DNA of 64,000 nt, from positions 7,440,001-7,504,000 of the forward strand of contig OZ176051.1 of NCBI GenBank assembly GCA_964247055.1. Reading direction: 5' to 3'. The DNA comes from Paragordius varius. Its lineage: Eukaryota; Animalia; Nematomorpha. The stretch's first letter is position 1, and each line of letters starts with the position of its first letter. Shown here piece after piece: positions 51,101 to 64,000 of the stretch. A model generated the notes under the pieces. It ran no database searches. It had not been told where the DNA came from and saw only the letters and a program-made list of their open reading frames with translations. A program made the translations under genes and the position numbers.

Positions 51101-53916
51101 TTAGGCGCTTTAATGCGTTTAGTATAAGATGGCAAAATAAAAATCTACTTTATCTCATAGTTAATAATTGATTATATTGTAGGAAACAAAATTCATCTGT
51201 CTGACACATTCCAAAAATAATTATTTGCGGAGTTTTATATATTAAAATCAATATAAAAGTAACAAAGCCCCCAAAAAATGGGTGTAATGATAAAAAAAAA
51301 TTTAAAATAACATTAACGATAATCTAATTTTATTTTATATGATATGATGAGTTAAAACTTTAATTTCAAAGATAATAATTATTACCTTAAGAATGGCGGC
51401 TATGTCAGAGCGTTCATTGAAATTTGCAAGATCAATGGGACTTTTATCAAATTTATTTTTGATGCTGAGCCAAGCACCGACATTCAGCAAATAATTGACG
51501 ACATCAATGTTTCCACTCTCTACGGCCCAATGAAGTGGTGTCATATTCAACTAAGTAATAGACAAATTATTATTATTCAACACCTATTTTAATGCATAAA
51601 ATTTAAAGTCGTTTGAAAAGAATTATAAAAACCCGCCCCCTTCCCTACATAATATTTTTTAAAGTATCAATGGCATAAGGATGTCTTTAATAATTGCGCT
51701 ATTTATTTTTTGATTGAGTTGATTAATTTATTGATTAGTTTCGAAGTTTAAAAGTTTTCTATTATTTGTTTTGATCATAAGCCATTTTTTGCTTAAAATA
51801 AACAGATTGGAAGTAAGTTATATTTCACAGTGTGATTTAGAAAAATGTGCTAAAATGGTTTGATTATTTCAAACTATCTCCTTTACCAATAGCTTTGGTG
51901 TCACGATTAGATATGTTTATTTCTTAAATTTATTTGCTTGTTCAATTCCAAACAAATAGTTGAGTTTCAAGATTATAGATTTGCTTTGAAGAGTTATATA
52001 CCGCTTTGCATACATTTTGGTAAACCTTAATAATATAGTTTTAGTTTTTTTTGACCCTACACAAGAAAATTCATTATTTGGTGTGTTGTTATTCAAGTTT
52101 TTTCATTCCATAAACTTTTCAACAGATACATTTAAAATACCTCTCCTTCACCTTAATAGTCAGATTTTAAAACTATTGAATAGAAAATCATCCGGATACA
52201 ACGTCTCAAAATGTGGACATGTTAGAAAATCTCTAGAATTTAAGATCGCATTTGTGGTAAAAGTAAAAGCTTAATAGGTGCTCTAATATGGGTTTAAAAT
52301 GTAGGTGGTTTGCTTCATCATATATCGTTTACAAGCCACTTATCATAAAATGTTGGAGTTTTTAATTACTATATTTAAAATTTTTTCAAGCAATAAATTT
52401 TTTTTTGGCATTTTTAATTTTTAATTTGAGGATATAATTTTTATATGTGTGCTTTTTTGCGATGCAAATTATATTTAATTAATGGGCAGCGTACAGAGTA
52501 CCATGTTCCAATTCAGGAAATTAAATTTTGTAAGAAATAACTGATGATACTGACAGTATTAAATTTATTGAACAAAATCTGTTATTTATGATTTAAACTC
52601 ATTTCACGACCAATTTTCCAACCAAGAGTCGCAAGGAAATGTATACTTTTAGGTTTCAAGATCCGTCATGAAATTGTAAAAGAGAGAGGGAATAAGCATT
52701 GCATCAAAAACAAAAACGGGGCATAAACGTTTTTCTTACATAATTTTAACCGAATATTAAATGAAACTTTGGATAGTGTAATATGCCAAACAAACTATGA
52801 CTATAAAGATCTGTATATAAATTTTCAAAATTGAATGAAAAAGCATCCATTTATCAAACGCAATTTGTGTAAGAAACCCATGCTCCACACACTGAAAGTA
52901 TATTATAAATCCCTTTTAAGTCCTAATATTTTTATGTAATTATGCCAGCTAGGGGAATATTAAAAAAAATATTATGTTAACCATATATTATACCGTATAA
53001 AACGGTTTTAACAAATGATTAATTAATTGGTGATTTGGAAACTGTTTATAATTTTTATTAAAAATCTAAAATACATTATTATGGAATATAAAAATTCACA
53101 ACCATAAACAAATCACTTAATAACGCTAAATATTTATATATATATTTATAATCATATTTGTTTCTAATTAATAAATAAAAAATGAAATATCTGTTTTAAC
53201 GCATTTAGCATATCACCAAAATTATGTGAGGTATAAACGAAAAAATCATGCATACCATATCCCGTAGATTAACATTAGCCCCATGGGAAACTAAAAGTTT
53301 AACGACTGCTAAATGACCCCATTGAGCTGCAAGGTGTAGGGGTGTCCGACCTAACTTAGTTTTCGTATCGACTGTAATTCCTGCGCGGACCAAAACTTCG
53401 GCGGTAGAATCGTGCCCATTTTGTGCGGCAAGGTGTAACGGTGTTGTTCCAAACTATAATACGTATTAAATTAAAGGTTTACTTGAATAAGAAATACTTT
53501 GTTCAGCAACAAAGAAAATGAAAAAAAGTTGTACCAAACTCTGTAATAATAAATTATAAAATCAAAGGTATAAAATTTTTTATAAAGTTTGGTATATATT
53601 TCAAACATATAAATGACCAAATCCTTAAATGGTTGAAAAAAAATCAATGGTTTAAAAACATTCAATTGAATATATTAATATGCATATTAAAGAGCAATCA
53701 TGTTTGCAACCAAATAAAATTATTTCACACATAATTAAATACAAAAATATTATTGGATTCAAAAGAAATAATATTTAACCAAATAAAATAATATAGGCAA
53801 AAGCATACCCAGTCAGTGGTAAACGGAGCACCGGTACACATCAATTGCTTTATGTTTTCTGTTTCGCCTCTTTGAGCGGATTCTAATAATTGCTGGCCCA
53901 ATTCTATCAGCGACAT
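48113..53916 (-). CDS. GABPB: GA-binding protein beta subunit (ankyrin-repeat ETS cofactor), ~635 aa. Exons 53916-53809, 53453-53256, 51550-51386, 50605-49403, 49015-48877, 48207-48113 (last two tentative)
   Basis: [36 protein letters not shown]|[14 protein letters not shown]...[12 protein letters not shown]...[11 protein letters not shown] closely matches the GABPB1 N-terminus. It is followed by a long N/Q/S/T-rich region. Confidence 0.88.
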
Positions 53917-54046
53917 TTAACTGAACGATTATTGCAATAATTCCAATTATTAAATTTAAATATAATTAGGTATATGGCATACGCATGATTACATATTAAC
54001 GGCTGAAAATAGTATACTATTTAGTAATTTTGGATTTTTGAATTAA
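53917..54046. promoter_or_regulatory. Probable compact bidirectional promoter between GABPB and SBDS
   Basis: The two start codons diverge with only 130 nt between them. No specific binding motif identified. Confidence 0.55.
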
Positions 54047-54815
54047 ATGTCTATTTTTACGCCTGTAAATCAAAATCGGCTCACTAATGTGGCTTATGTT
54101 AGAATGAAAAAGGGTGGAAAACACTTTGAAATAGCATGTTACAAAAATAAAGTTCAATCTTGGCGCAATAAAGTGTAAACATCTTTATAATAATTTAAAG
54201 TGAAAAAGATATTGATGAAGTTTTACAGACTCCAGTAGTGTTTTCCAATGTTTCAAGGGGACAAATAGCCAAGAAGGAGGACTTAATCAAGGCATTTGGG
54301 ACGGAGGATCAATTGCAAATTTGTTTACAAGTTTTTTTAACGCTCATTAATTGTAAGATATTAGAAAAAGGAGACTTACAAATATCTGAGAAAGAAAGAC
54401 AAACTACCTTGCAATCAACCTATAAAGACATTGCGTCTATAATATCAAATAAATGCATTAATCCCGATACCAATTTACCATATCCCATATCTATGATTGA
54501 AAATGCAATGAAAGAAATTCATTTTTCGGTTAACCCCAAGAAGAACAGCAAACAACAAGTAACGATTACTCAAATAATTTAAGGCATTAGAAGTTATGAA
54601 AAATTTAAAAACGGTTATCAATATACAACGTGTTCAAATGAAAATTAAAATAAAATGTCCCAATAAATTCTCGAAAAAATATTTAGAGAGGATTACGAAT
54701 CTCGAAAATGCAAAAATAATTTCCAAAAATTTTATGGATGGTGGTGATTTGGAAATGGTATTTAAAGTTTTATTTTATATATTATTTAATAAATTTTAAA
54801 ACAATTTTAAATATA

Positions 54816-54868
<53 letters not shown>

Positions 54869-56149
54869 CTGATGATAGTCAAACAAACGATTGATTCAAT
54901 TTAATATATATGATAAATTGGATTAGGATATATTAGAATTCTTGTTTTAAATCAGGTCCGACACGCAACCCTCCAAAACATAATATGCGACCCGCGAACA
55001 ATTTGAAAATCTATATATTTTTAAAAATGGAAAATACTGGCCTGTTTCCGGAAAACCGGTAGACCCATTCAAATCCAAATGTCGAAAAAAAATAATCATT
55101 AATGAATGCCCCAACAATAGCGTCGCCCCTTTTTTGAATTAGGCTTCCAGTTCGAACCCACCCCATGTAAAAAACGGGGAATACAGGAAGTCCACAAAAA
55201 TCGTGTCTCTGAGACAATTTTCCCGAAAACGTGTTGGACCATTCGATTTCAAATATGATTTTTTTACTTATTTTCGATTGCGCCGAACATTGTCGGCTCG
55301 CTCTTTTAGGCGCTCTTTTTACCCGCTCCCCCCGTAAAATGCCATATTTTTCAAAAAAATTAAGTCCACAAAAATAATTTTTTTGAATCTATTTTTCGCC
55401 CAAATTAACATTGTATGAATGCACCGTTTTGAAATTCCTATGAGATCATAGCTATTAAATAATGTTTCAAAATAATCCACATATGTGGATCATTTTATTG
55501 TCCCTTTTTTCACGTGCTGCGTAGCAGCACGAGATTTAGGCTAACAAATAAATACAAAAATTTACATAATTTTAAATAATTGTTGCAAACAAATATTACG
55601 AATAAGTTCTTACAATTTGCAACCAAAGGAAGGAAATTCATGAAATACGTAGTAATAATATTATGTTTGCATTATTTTATAGTTTTATGTTTGCTTAAAA
55701 TCTATTAAACTATATATTTGACAGATGCAACCCACTAATCTTTATAAGTCAAAAATGCGGCCCGCAAAGCCATTTGCGTTAGACACCCCTGTTGTTTTAA
55801 ATAAAATGTATTTTAAACGATTAAATAAGTTTTAAATATTTAATCCAATAGTTTTACACAAAATGTGTTATATTTTAGCGTTGGGTGCTGCTATATAGGA
55901 TATTAATTTTAATTTCATGTGATAATTAAAATTTAATAATATATGATTGAAATTAAATCCCTTTATTATCAGTTTAATATATGTATATTTGTCGATATAT
56001 ATCATTTATCTATTTTTTTAATTATTTTTTAGGATATCCTAATAGATCCTGGGATGTTCCGAATTTTAGATGATGAATTGCGGAAAGAAACTAAGGGTCA
56101 AGGTAGCATAGAAGTGATAACTGTTAATGAAATTGCCGATGTTTTATAA
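54047..56149 (+). CDS. SBDS: Ribosome maturation factor SBDS/Sdo1, 249 aa. Exons 54047-54174, 54201-54330, 54358-54558, 54584-54757, 56033-56149
   Basis: [36 protein letters not shown]...[15 protein letters not shown]...LIDPGMFR. Coding exon lengths 128/130/201 equal those of human SBDS exons 1-3. Confidence 0.97.
54811..54866. repeat. (TA)n microsatellite, the longest of many (others near 150, 826, 3437, 10699, 13308, 22927, 27416, 31816, 35279, 63556)
   Basis: Directly visible. Confidence 0.95.
54953..55791. mobile_element. hAT-type (Charlie-like) non-autonomous element in SBDS intron 4
   Basis: Right end ATGCGGCCCGC...AGACACCCCTG and a degenerate left end CAGGTCCGACACGC...ATGCGACCCGC. 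The direct repeat TTGTTTTAAAT flanks both sides. Confidence 0.55.
55010..55544 (+). mobile_element. Probable non-autonomous Helitron-like insert nested in the hAT element
   Basis: Starts A|TCTATATAT, has a GC-rich interior and ends with the perfect hairpin CGTGCTGC-GTA-GCAGCACG (55513-55531) followed 9 nt later by CTAA. The next base is C rather than the expected T. Confidence 0.5.
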
Positions 56150-56761
56150 TAAATCTAAAACATATATATATTCAAAACATATATTAAGTGTTTTGGCTTA
56201 CGTTTAAAACGCATTCAGTGTGAGTTTTTAGCTAAAATAGAATGCTCATTTTTAGTTTTTTTTATTATTTTTAGAGAACAAATATGAATATTTTTTTTTA
56301 CACAACGAGAATTTTTTAAGTTAACCGAAATTGAAATTGTTCTTTTTATTACTAATTATAATAATAATAATTTTATTGTTTATATCTGAACATCATAGAG
56401 CAAATAGGGTGAATAGATAATAAAATTGGTCTTGAAATCTTATAAAGGCATTAATTATAAATCTATTATGGCTTAAATCAATAAGGTATCTACCAAAAAA
56501 ATAATTTAGAAAATTATTTGTACAATTTTTCTACTACGTTTTTATTGTGCAATGGCAAAAAGTACTTAATTCTCGAAATTTACCAAATTTTCGAACGTTG
56601 TCCTTTTACTTATATATCTCATTTTGTGGGTGAAAATTTGATTTGATTTATAAAGGTATATACACAAACATAATAAAAATAGAATATTTATTATTGCGTT
56701 GTTGAGTTATATATGTTAGTTATCACAATTTTGTACAATAGGTTTGCTTAACAAGACATTT

Positions 56762-59700
56762 CTATATAGGAGCTTTAGCTAAAATTGATCTGCATTCTGG
56801 TTCAATATCAAATTTTATATAATTGTTATCTGTGGCTAAAAAATAGATAAATAGTTATTTTATAATCAAAAAAAAATAACCAAAAATTCCAAAGGTATTT
56901 TATATCTTTTTAGATTTAATTATCATGTCTTTTGACAAAATTATTGGCATTTTATATAAAAAATTTTAGAAGGAGCATAATATTAAAATTAATTATACCA
57001 GGAGATATTATGTAAAACTCTTTAAAAAAGTTTGTTTCATCATAAGAAAAATCAAAACATAAGTTAAATTAGACCATTTAAAAAAATTTGACTTTAAATG
57101 TACAGGAATTTTTAATTTAAGAAACATGTCGGATAAAAGAACATAAAACGACAGTTAACATAAAACAAATGGCATATCACTTAAAATGCAAACATAAAAT
57201 TAACTGGGAAGTCAAATAAAGAAGAAAATATGACAAAAAGAATATTAAAGGAAAGTTTTTATATAAACAAAGGAAAAAATATAATGAAGAGAAAAAAAGA
57301 TCTTAACAAATAACATTACAAACTTTTTTCACAATAACCACATGTTTTAGTTTCATTTCTCATTAAATATTTTTAATTTATAAGTTAATTTTTAGTTTAT
57401 ATTTTAATTTATTTTTTACTGACAAAGATTACTTGTAGTATTTGAATACCATAATAAATTCATTCAATTTCGTAATTATAATTGCAATAATAATACAATT
57501 AGTATAACTGATATCCATGTTATTTGAATTAAGTTTAACGTGTTCTTAAATAGATTTTATGGATGATAGCAGATGCAAAAACAATTAAAATACTTTGGCA
57601 ATCGCACAGTCTCATTTCATTGACTTTCTTGTTGGAACATTTTTCACATAACTTATCAATTGCCAATTTGTAAGGATAACCAGCCATTCTATGTCAAAAA
57701 ATTGTCATTAATATATTCAATATTGATTAATTATAAATTAATAGTTTATGCTAAATAACTATTTTATCCTAGTTTATTTCTTTTAAAAATAATACGTTGG
57801 CAAACAAGTGTTCTTTTAGAAATTTTATTAACCTATTTGATGGACTAAATACACTTTATATATATGTATATTATATTTGTCATATTCATTTGCTTTATTG
57901 TCCATATATCATGTGTGTTAAATTTGGAAGTGTTCTTGGACATTTGGTAAACTTTTATAAGTCGATGAAGAGTTTTGATTGATAATCTTAAAAATACAAA
58001 CGCCATATTTGAAAAATACATGTTAAAAAACTAAATACAAAAACAGCTGACCATTTGGAAATAAACTTTTTAGCTAGAACGCAAAACGGCAATTAATTTA
58101 GAAACAATAAATGCCCAAATAAAATAGTCTTAAAAAATTTAATTTATAATAAAGCGTTTTTGTGGTTTAATTTATTTTTAATATATTAAAAATGCTGACA
58201 AATTTACAGTTTAAAAAAATGATAAAATGATATAAACATAAATTATAAATTATTAAAATTGTAGTTGTAAGACACACATGATAATCATTCGTCCATTTTA
58301 TTAACCAACTTGTTTGATGTAAATCCTAAACACCACGAGATGCATATATGAACATCATTAAAAACATCTGACGCTAAATTAAAAATTTCAAAACAAAGTT
58401 TATCGAACAATATTAATTTCGACTGCATTTTTTCGATTGTTTTGATATGGTTAAATTTTGCCAATTCTCAAACACGCTTTAATTCAAAATATTTATGGAA
58501 AATAGTTGTTTTAGTGTAATTATTTTGTGTTTTTAACCATTTCGCGTTATATCTGATAAAAAATGGTTATAGTCAACTGTTTAGTGTGTATTGCATTTAT
58601 TTCTCTTATATGTCGTTGGATTCCCTATTTTTCAAAATCTGAAAGACTATTATCTACTTTCTCTAAAATAAGCCTTTTAAATTGTTGAGGCCTTGATTCT
58701 GACACTCTTTATATAATTAATATCATATCACTCGCAATTATATTATATAAAATATGGTAATCGTCAAACTGTGATAGCAAAACAACTTACACGAAATCGT
58801 ATTTGCAGGCATATAAATATCGGTTTTTACAGCATTTGGTGACACATTTAATTCCTTTAGCCCTTGATTGAATGATCTATTGATATGTATAATTAATGGA
58901 TATATCGCACTTATGCAATGGCGTATCGAACGCCATAATTAATAAGCCAAAAAAACTCCATAAATTGATTTTAAAAACGCAACACCTATCATTGCTGGAC
59001 GCCATCATATCTTAATGAATGTCTGAAATTGAGTTTTAAATTTAGTATAGTATATTCAATCTTTTGCAATGCACACAAAATGGCTCCGAAAATTTATTAA
59101 TTCCGTAAGTTAATATCAAAAATGATGTTATTTCATTTTAATGATATATGGTTTAAAGCCTAATATTTTAATATATAAAATGTATAAACATAATAAAAGA
59201 TCAGCTAATATTAGTTAGTACGTTTTATAACAATTAAAATCTAGACTTTTTGGGACAGGCGCTAATGCCGCTTTACGTAAAATTATATTAAATTTATGTT
59301 AGTTTTGAAGTTTACATTAATAAATTTTACTATTTAAAAATTAAAAAATTCAACCATATTAAGGTAATTATACCATTTACACTTCGAATTCACCCTTGAA
59401 CATTCGAATTCACCCTTAAACTATTCAAATTCATGTTTTATAATAAAAATTATTTATATTAATATTTTAAAAAACAAAATTTTGTTTAAAATTAAAGTAA
59501 TACGGAAAAAATAATAAACAATGCCATAAAAATATATTTCATATTAAGGAGTTCTATTAACCCGAAAACACATAATTTATTTTTAGGGTGAATTTGAATC
59601 GTTGAAAGGTAAATTCGAATTGTAAATGGTATATAATATATTTAAAATAGAATGTATCAAACTTTATGATAAAATTTGGCATCCAAAACATGTCTATAAT

Positions 59701-61981
59701 GAATGTCTTTGAGTGTCCTTGATTGATACCAATATTGGATGACCCTTTTCCAGGTTAAGGGATACCTTGATAACTTGATATTCCAGTTCAGATAATCTTT
59801 AATATAATCAATAAACCCAATTTAATTCAATATGAATGAATCAATATTGTCTATTAATAAAGATTAGAATCAAAAAATTTTAAATATGGGGATTTAACAT
59901 TAAAAATATTATAAGGTATAAATATATTATTATAAAAAATTGATAGAACCGCATAATCAAACTTTAATGTTAGAAATAATACCTTGTTTAATATTTTTGC
60001 ATGATGTGTTGACGTTCAAACTTGCATCCCATTTCTTTATAAATATAATTATAAAAAAAAGATATTCTCTTTTATTTATACAGTTAATCATAAATTATAA
60101 AAAAAACTTATAAAAATCTTCAACACATTAGAATTTCAAATTCAAATTATTTATATATAATTTAATTTGATAAGACATACTAACGTATTCATGTCGCCCG
60201 CCGATGGATATACAGTGGATCGAATATAATTATGCATTTCAACTATGCTTCGTTGTTCTCTCCGTGTGGGTCCTGTTAAAAAATTTTAAAAAAACTTATT
60301 TTAAAAAGGCTTATTCTTAAATTTGTCATTATTATTACTAACTAGGTCCATGATTTTTTTAGGAGAAATTCGATAATATTTTAAAGGGTAAAATAAAAAT
60401 CACTCAAAATTTTTTACTAACGAGTGATTTTGTCTTATTATTTTATAAAATATATTTTTTAACAGGGTGGACTTAATAATGATACCTATTTTAAAAGCTT
60501 TTTGTTTTGACATAATTTATAAATTATTTTAAAGAGGTTTCAATTTAATTATACTTGCAAATTATCTATGTTTATTTATATTTTTAAAAAATGAAATTTG
60601 ATTTACAATTAAGTTATTTAAAAAAGGATTTACTATGCCATAAAGATATAATTCAATATTAATAATGACTTATATTAACTGAAAACACATAATTTATTTT
60701 AGAATGAATATGAATTTTCCAAGGGTGAATTTGAATTGTAATTAGTATATTATAAATGGCCACAAGTTAATCCCGAGTTTTTGTAATATGTAATTGAAAG
60801 AACTCTTTTTACCGCATTATTAGCATTTTTTACGATCAAGTTATCCAGATATAATTTTAAAATTTTGAAAATACTTACAAGATTTTAAAATTATGTGAGA
60901 TTAATAAATATCCAAGTATGGTAAAGTTTTAACGAATTTCGAAGAAATATGAAAAAATAATATTCGCCAAAAAATTTTTTAATGAAAATAATTTAATTTT
61001 ATATTAAATTATTTTTGTGTTTCTTTGTGAATAAAAATATAAAATAAGCCTGCCATGACCCATGAAACAATAATTAAAAACTTTAATTTTAAGATTAATG
61101 TTTTAAATTTAGTAGCGAAAAGGTTTTAAGAATTATATACCTGTTAAAAGGCAGTCCGTATGTTTTATACGCTAAATATAAAATATGATTGATTCTAAGA
61201 TATTAAAATAATGTCAAACAGGCAAAAAATTGAGATATATTGGGGATTAGAGGAATTAACCGGGATTTAAAAGACCCCTATATATTTGGCAAATTGTAAT
61301 TAAAACTTAGGACCATAATTTTCAAAAAAATTATTATTTTCTTTAAATATAAAAGCATTTTCCAACAATCAAAAAGTTTTCGTAGTCAATCCTTAGATTT
61401 TATTGGAATAATTGGCTTAAGAAACGTTAATGATTGAAACAATTCGATGGTTTTGGTAATTTAGATAGGGAAAATCAATATTTTTAACAGGAGGCTTTAA
61501 ATTTTTCCTTATTACAAGAGATGTTTTCAATATTATAGAGTTTAAAGGATAATTTGTTGTTTATTTGGGTTAATCTCTCAATGGATATTTATATAATGTA
61601 TATAATTTAAATTAACCTTTTTTGTTGAGTTTAAATGGCCCATATGCGTTGAAAGATCTATGCATTATACAGTATAAGTAAAAATATATTGCTAGTTTTT
61701 CAATTTTCACCTATAAAGGACATTACAGTATGAATAAATATATTGCTAGAAAGTTATTAATTTTCAAATAGTATATGCAGCAAAGATAATTATTAATGGC
61801 TATTAATAGAAAAAATTAAAAAAATTAATATAAGCCAATAATACTTCCCTTTGTTTTATATGCTATTTGGCAATAATTGATAACTTTTTAGCAATGTATA
61901 CTAAGTCATACTGTATACATCATAAATAAAAAATAAATTGCATTTTATAATATTAATAATCAACACCCATAACCCCAACAT
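56762..61981 (-). CDS. Divergent CAP/SCP/TAPS (CRISP/venom-allergen-like) secreted protein, ~217 aa. Exons 61981-61902 and 61657-61617 (tentative), 60272-60181, 60034-59983, 59796-59663, 58876-58791, 57688-57594, 56835-56762 (tentative)
   Basis: Missing from the ORF track. The in-frame chain gives QRSIVEMHNYIRSTVYPSAGDMNTLKWDASL, TWKRVIQYWY, IKCVTKCCKNRYLYACKY and the hinge GYPYK...CEKC...LCDC. The putative first exon is hydrophobic (MLGLWVLIINII). Confidence 0.72.
59371..59631. mobile_element. MITE, TACCATTTAC family
   Basis: TA|TACCATTTAC...TGTAAATGGTA|TA with the family subrepeats. Confidence 0.85.
60633..60748. mobile_element. Partial MITE, TACCATTTAC family (right half)
   Basis: ATGCCATAAAGAT...GAAAACACATAATTTATTTT...AAGGGTGAATTTGAATTGTAA matches the other copies. 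Confidence 0.6.
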
Positions 61982-62645
61982 AAACAGTTTCTCAAAAATA
62001 TATTTAAAATATGGTTTAAACAACTAGAAAATGATCATATTATTATGCAAAAAAATGCTAACAGATAAAATTATGGATTCATTTATGGTTTAAGTACTAG
62101 ATTATATCCCAACATTACACATTTAGCTAAAATAAACATTTTTCATATCATACATTCAAATTTTTGGGCAAAGGAGACGATGATTTCATAAAATGACATT
62201 TTGAAGCGGCAAAAAACATTTATAGATGAAGAAAAACTGTTTAAGCATTTCAGCCAAAATTAATAAGATAATTAAGTATTTTTTATCTTTATAAACTCTG
62301 GAAAGGCAAATTTTTTAAAAAAACGAAGTTTTTTTTATTTTTTATAAGCTCGCAAAACCATATTCCTAAAACAGTATTGGTATAATCAGGCCAAAAATGT
62401 CACGTTGGGATAAACCAATCTTTATATATTTAATTATTAAAAACTCAATCATCTCTACTAATTATCCAAAAATACTGTGCATTAATTAAAGTTTTTATTG
62501 TGAAATATAATTGGCGGGTATGTATAGTATTTTAATAAAAGAAACACTGGAGGAACACTATATTTCTGAATAAAATAGATGTTAAATATAAAGGGATTTA
62601 AAAATATTAAAATTATACTATATTGTAAATTAAACAATTATGTTA

Positions 62646-62899
62646 TGCCATTTACTCAAATTCACCTTTGAACAATTCACAATTACCTTCGAACAACTCA
62701 AATTTATCCTAAAATAAATTATGTGTTTTTAAGATTAAAAATTACATATATTTTTATATCAAAATGAAAATTATTTTAAAATATAAATAATACTGAAAAA
62801 ATAATAAACTATATCATAAAGAATATTATATTAATGAGGAGTTATATTGTCCTGAAAACACATATTTTGTTTTTAGGTGAATTTAAATTGTAAATGGTA
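62646..62899. mobile_element. MITE, TACCATTTAC family (diverged)
   Basis: TGCCATTTAC...TGTAAATGGTA ends and a shared interior. Confidence 0.75.
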
Positions 62900-63554
62900 T
62901 ATTATGCAATGTTTTGTGTAAATCAGATTTGGTTTTTTTTATTTTTATATATTTTTCTAAATTAAATATTATTTTTGCCAAAAAAAGTGGTAGTAACCGC
63001 CAAGGTTATATTTTTATAGCTGTTGCTGGAAATCAAAACTATTATAAATACTACGTTGTAGTGTAAAATCATCAGCTCTTAACCACCTATTAAAGTTATA
63101 TAAATTTCATAAAATTACTTTGACAGAATTTGTGACATGGCGAACTTTTTGATACATTGTATATCGTCGGGAAATATAAGTAATTCAGGTTAAATGTTGT
63201 ACTATACTTCTCCAGGGGATTTGTATGCTTTGACCCATTTTTAGCTAAATTTTTTATAAAAAAACAAAATTAAGTAAAGATCTTTTATTTTAATTTGTTT
63301 ATCCCTACACTAAATATTTATTTTATATGGATTATCCCGCTTTAATAAAATGGTTGTTTTAATTATTGTTTATTATTAAATATATATTATTTTTTCTTCA
63401 GAATTCTTCATGAATCATTTTTTTTATTTTGAAAAACCGTTTTTTATTTCTCAATGGCAGATGAACACCATTGTCAGGTCTTTTCAATGAAATTTTTTTA
63501 GCTATGATAGTAATTAATTAATATTCCAAATATCAAATATTTTTGGTTAAATAA

Positions 63555-63586
<32 letters not shown>

Positions 63587-64000
63587 AATCCTATTTTATT
63601 TTAAAAATACCTGGTTTATTATAATGATTACCGTATTTTCTATCTAAACCATAATAAAAACATAATTTAGGACAGAATAATATATTTTCGCCTATAATTC
63701 AGAGTAAAACCGGTCTCGGCTTCAACTCAATTTTTCTTAAAAATGGTTCTTTTGAAGTATAGCTGATTCCCGTAAAGAAATATTTTATTAGTTTTGGTTT
63801 AACACTTGGATACAACACATTCATTTTAGTCCTTCGATTCAAATTGGGGTATTTGGATACCCCCAAGTCTGTTTAAATTCCATAATTTTAAAATTATGAA
63901 AAGAATATAAACCGTGGCAAAATTTTGCACTTATATAATATTAATAAACCGGAATATATAAAAACTTTTTTCAAAAATACTTAACATTAGTTATTTTAAG

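Noticed and set aside
55130-55145. GTTCGAACCC B-box-like motif suggesting a tRNA or SINE
   Set aside because: No A box or cloverleaf; it lies within the Helitron-like insert.
58877-59010. Short minus-strand ORF MMASSNDRCC... just upstream of a CAP exon
   Set aside because: It ends at the TAG that serves as the acceptor and has no in-phase donor; treated as intronic chance.

Overview
This is AT-rich animal (metazoan) nuclear DNA with spliceosomal introns, so the single-ORF track fragments or misses the genes. I reconstructed exon chains by hand and checked splice phases. Seven protein-coding genes are supported: the 3' part of NOL6/Utp22 (+), TONSL (-, apparently ending after the UBL domain with no LRRs), a TWIK-like K2P channel (-), a PRUNE(DHH)+BCH PRUNE2-like gene (+), GABP-beta (-), SBDS (+, head-to-head with GABP-beta) and a divergent CAP/SCP secreted protein (-). 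Mobile DNA includes a mariner relic interrupted by a 3.26-kb hAT element, several MITEs and a probable Helitron-like insert. There is also a near-identical 4.4-kb tandem duplication. The most unusual signals are: (1) eight introns of only 24-27 nt at the 5' ends of TONSL and SBDS, in genes that also have introns of hundreds of bases; (2) a hAT element carrying an inverted, diverged copy of its own transposase that could fold into a long hairpin; (3) a 466-bp intronic palindrome encoding a minimal hammerhead ribozyme on each strand. I saw no rRNA, tRNA or CRISPR array. No database searches were run; homology calls come from recognising motifs.
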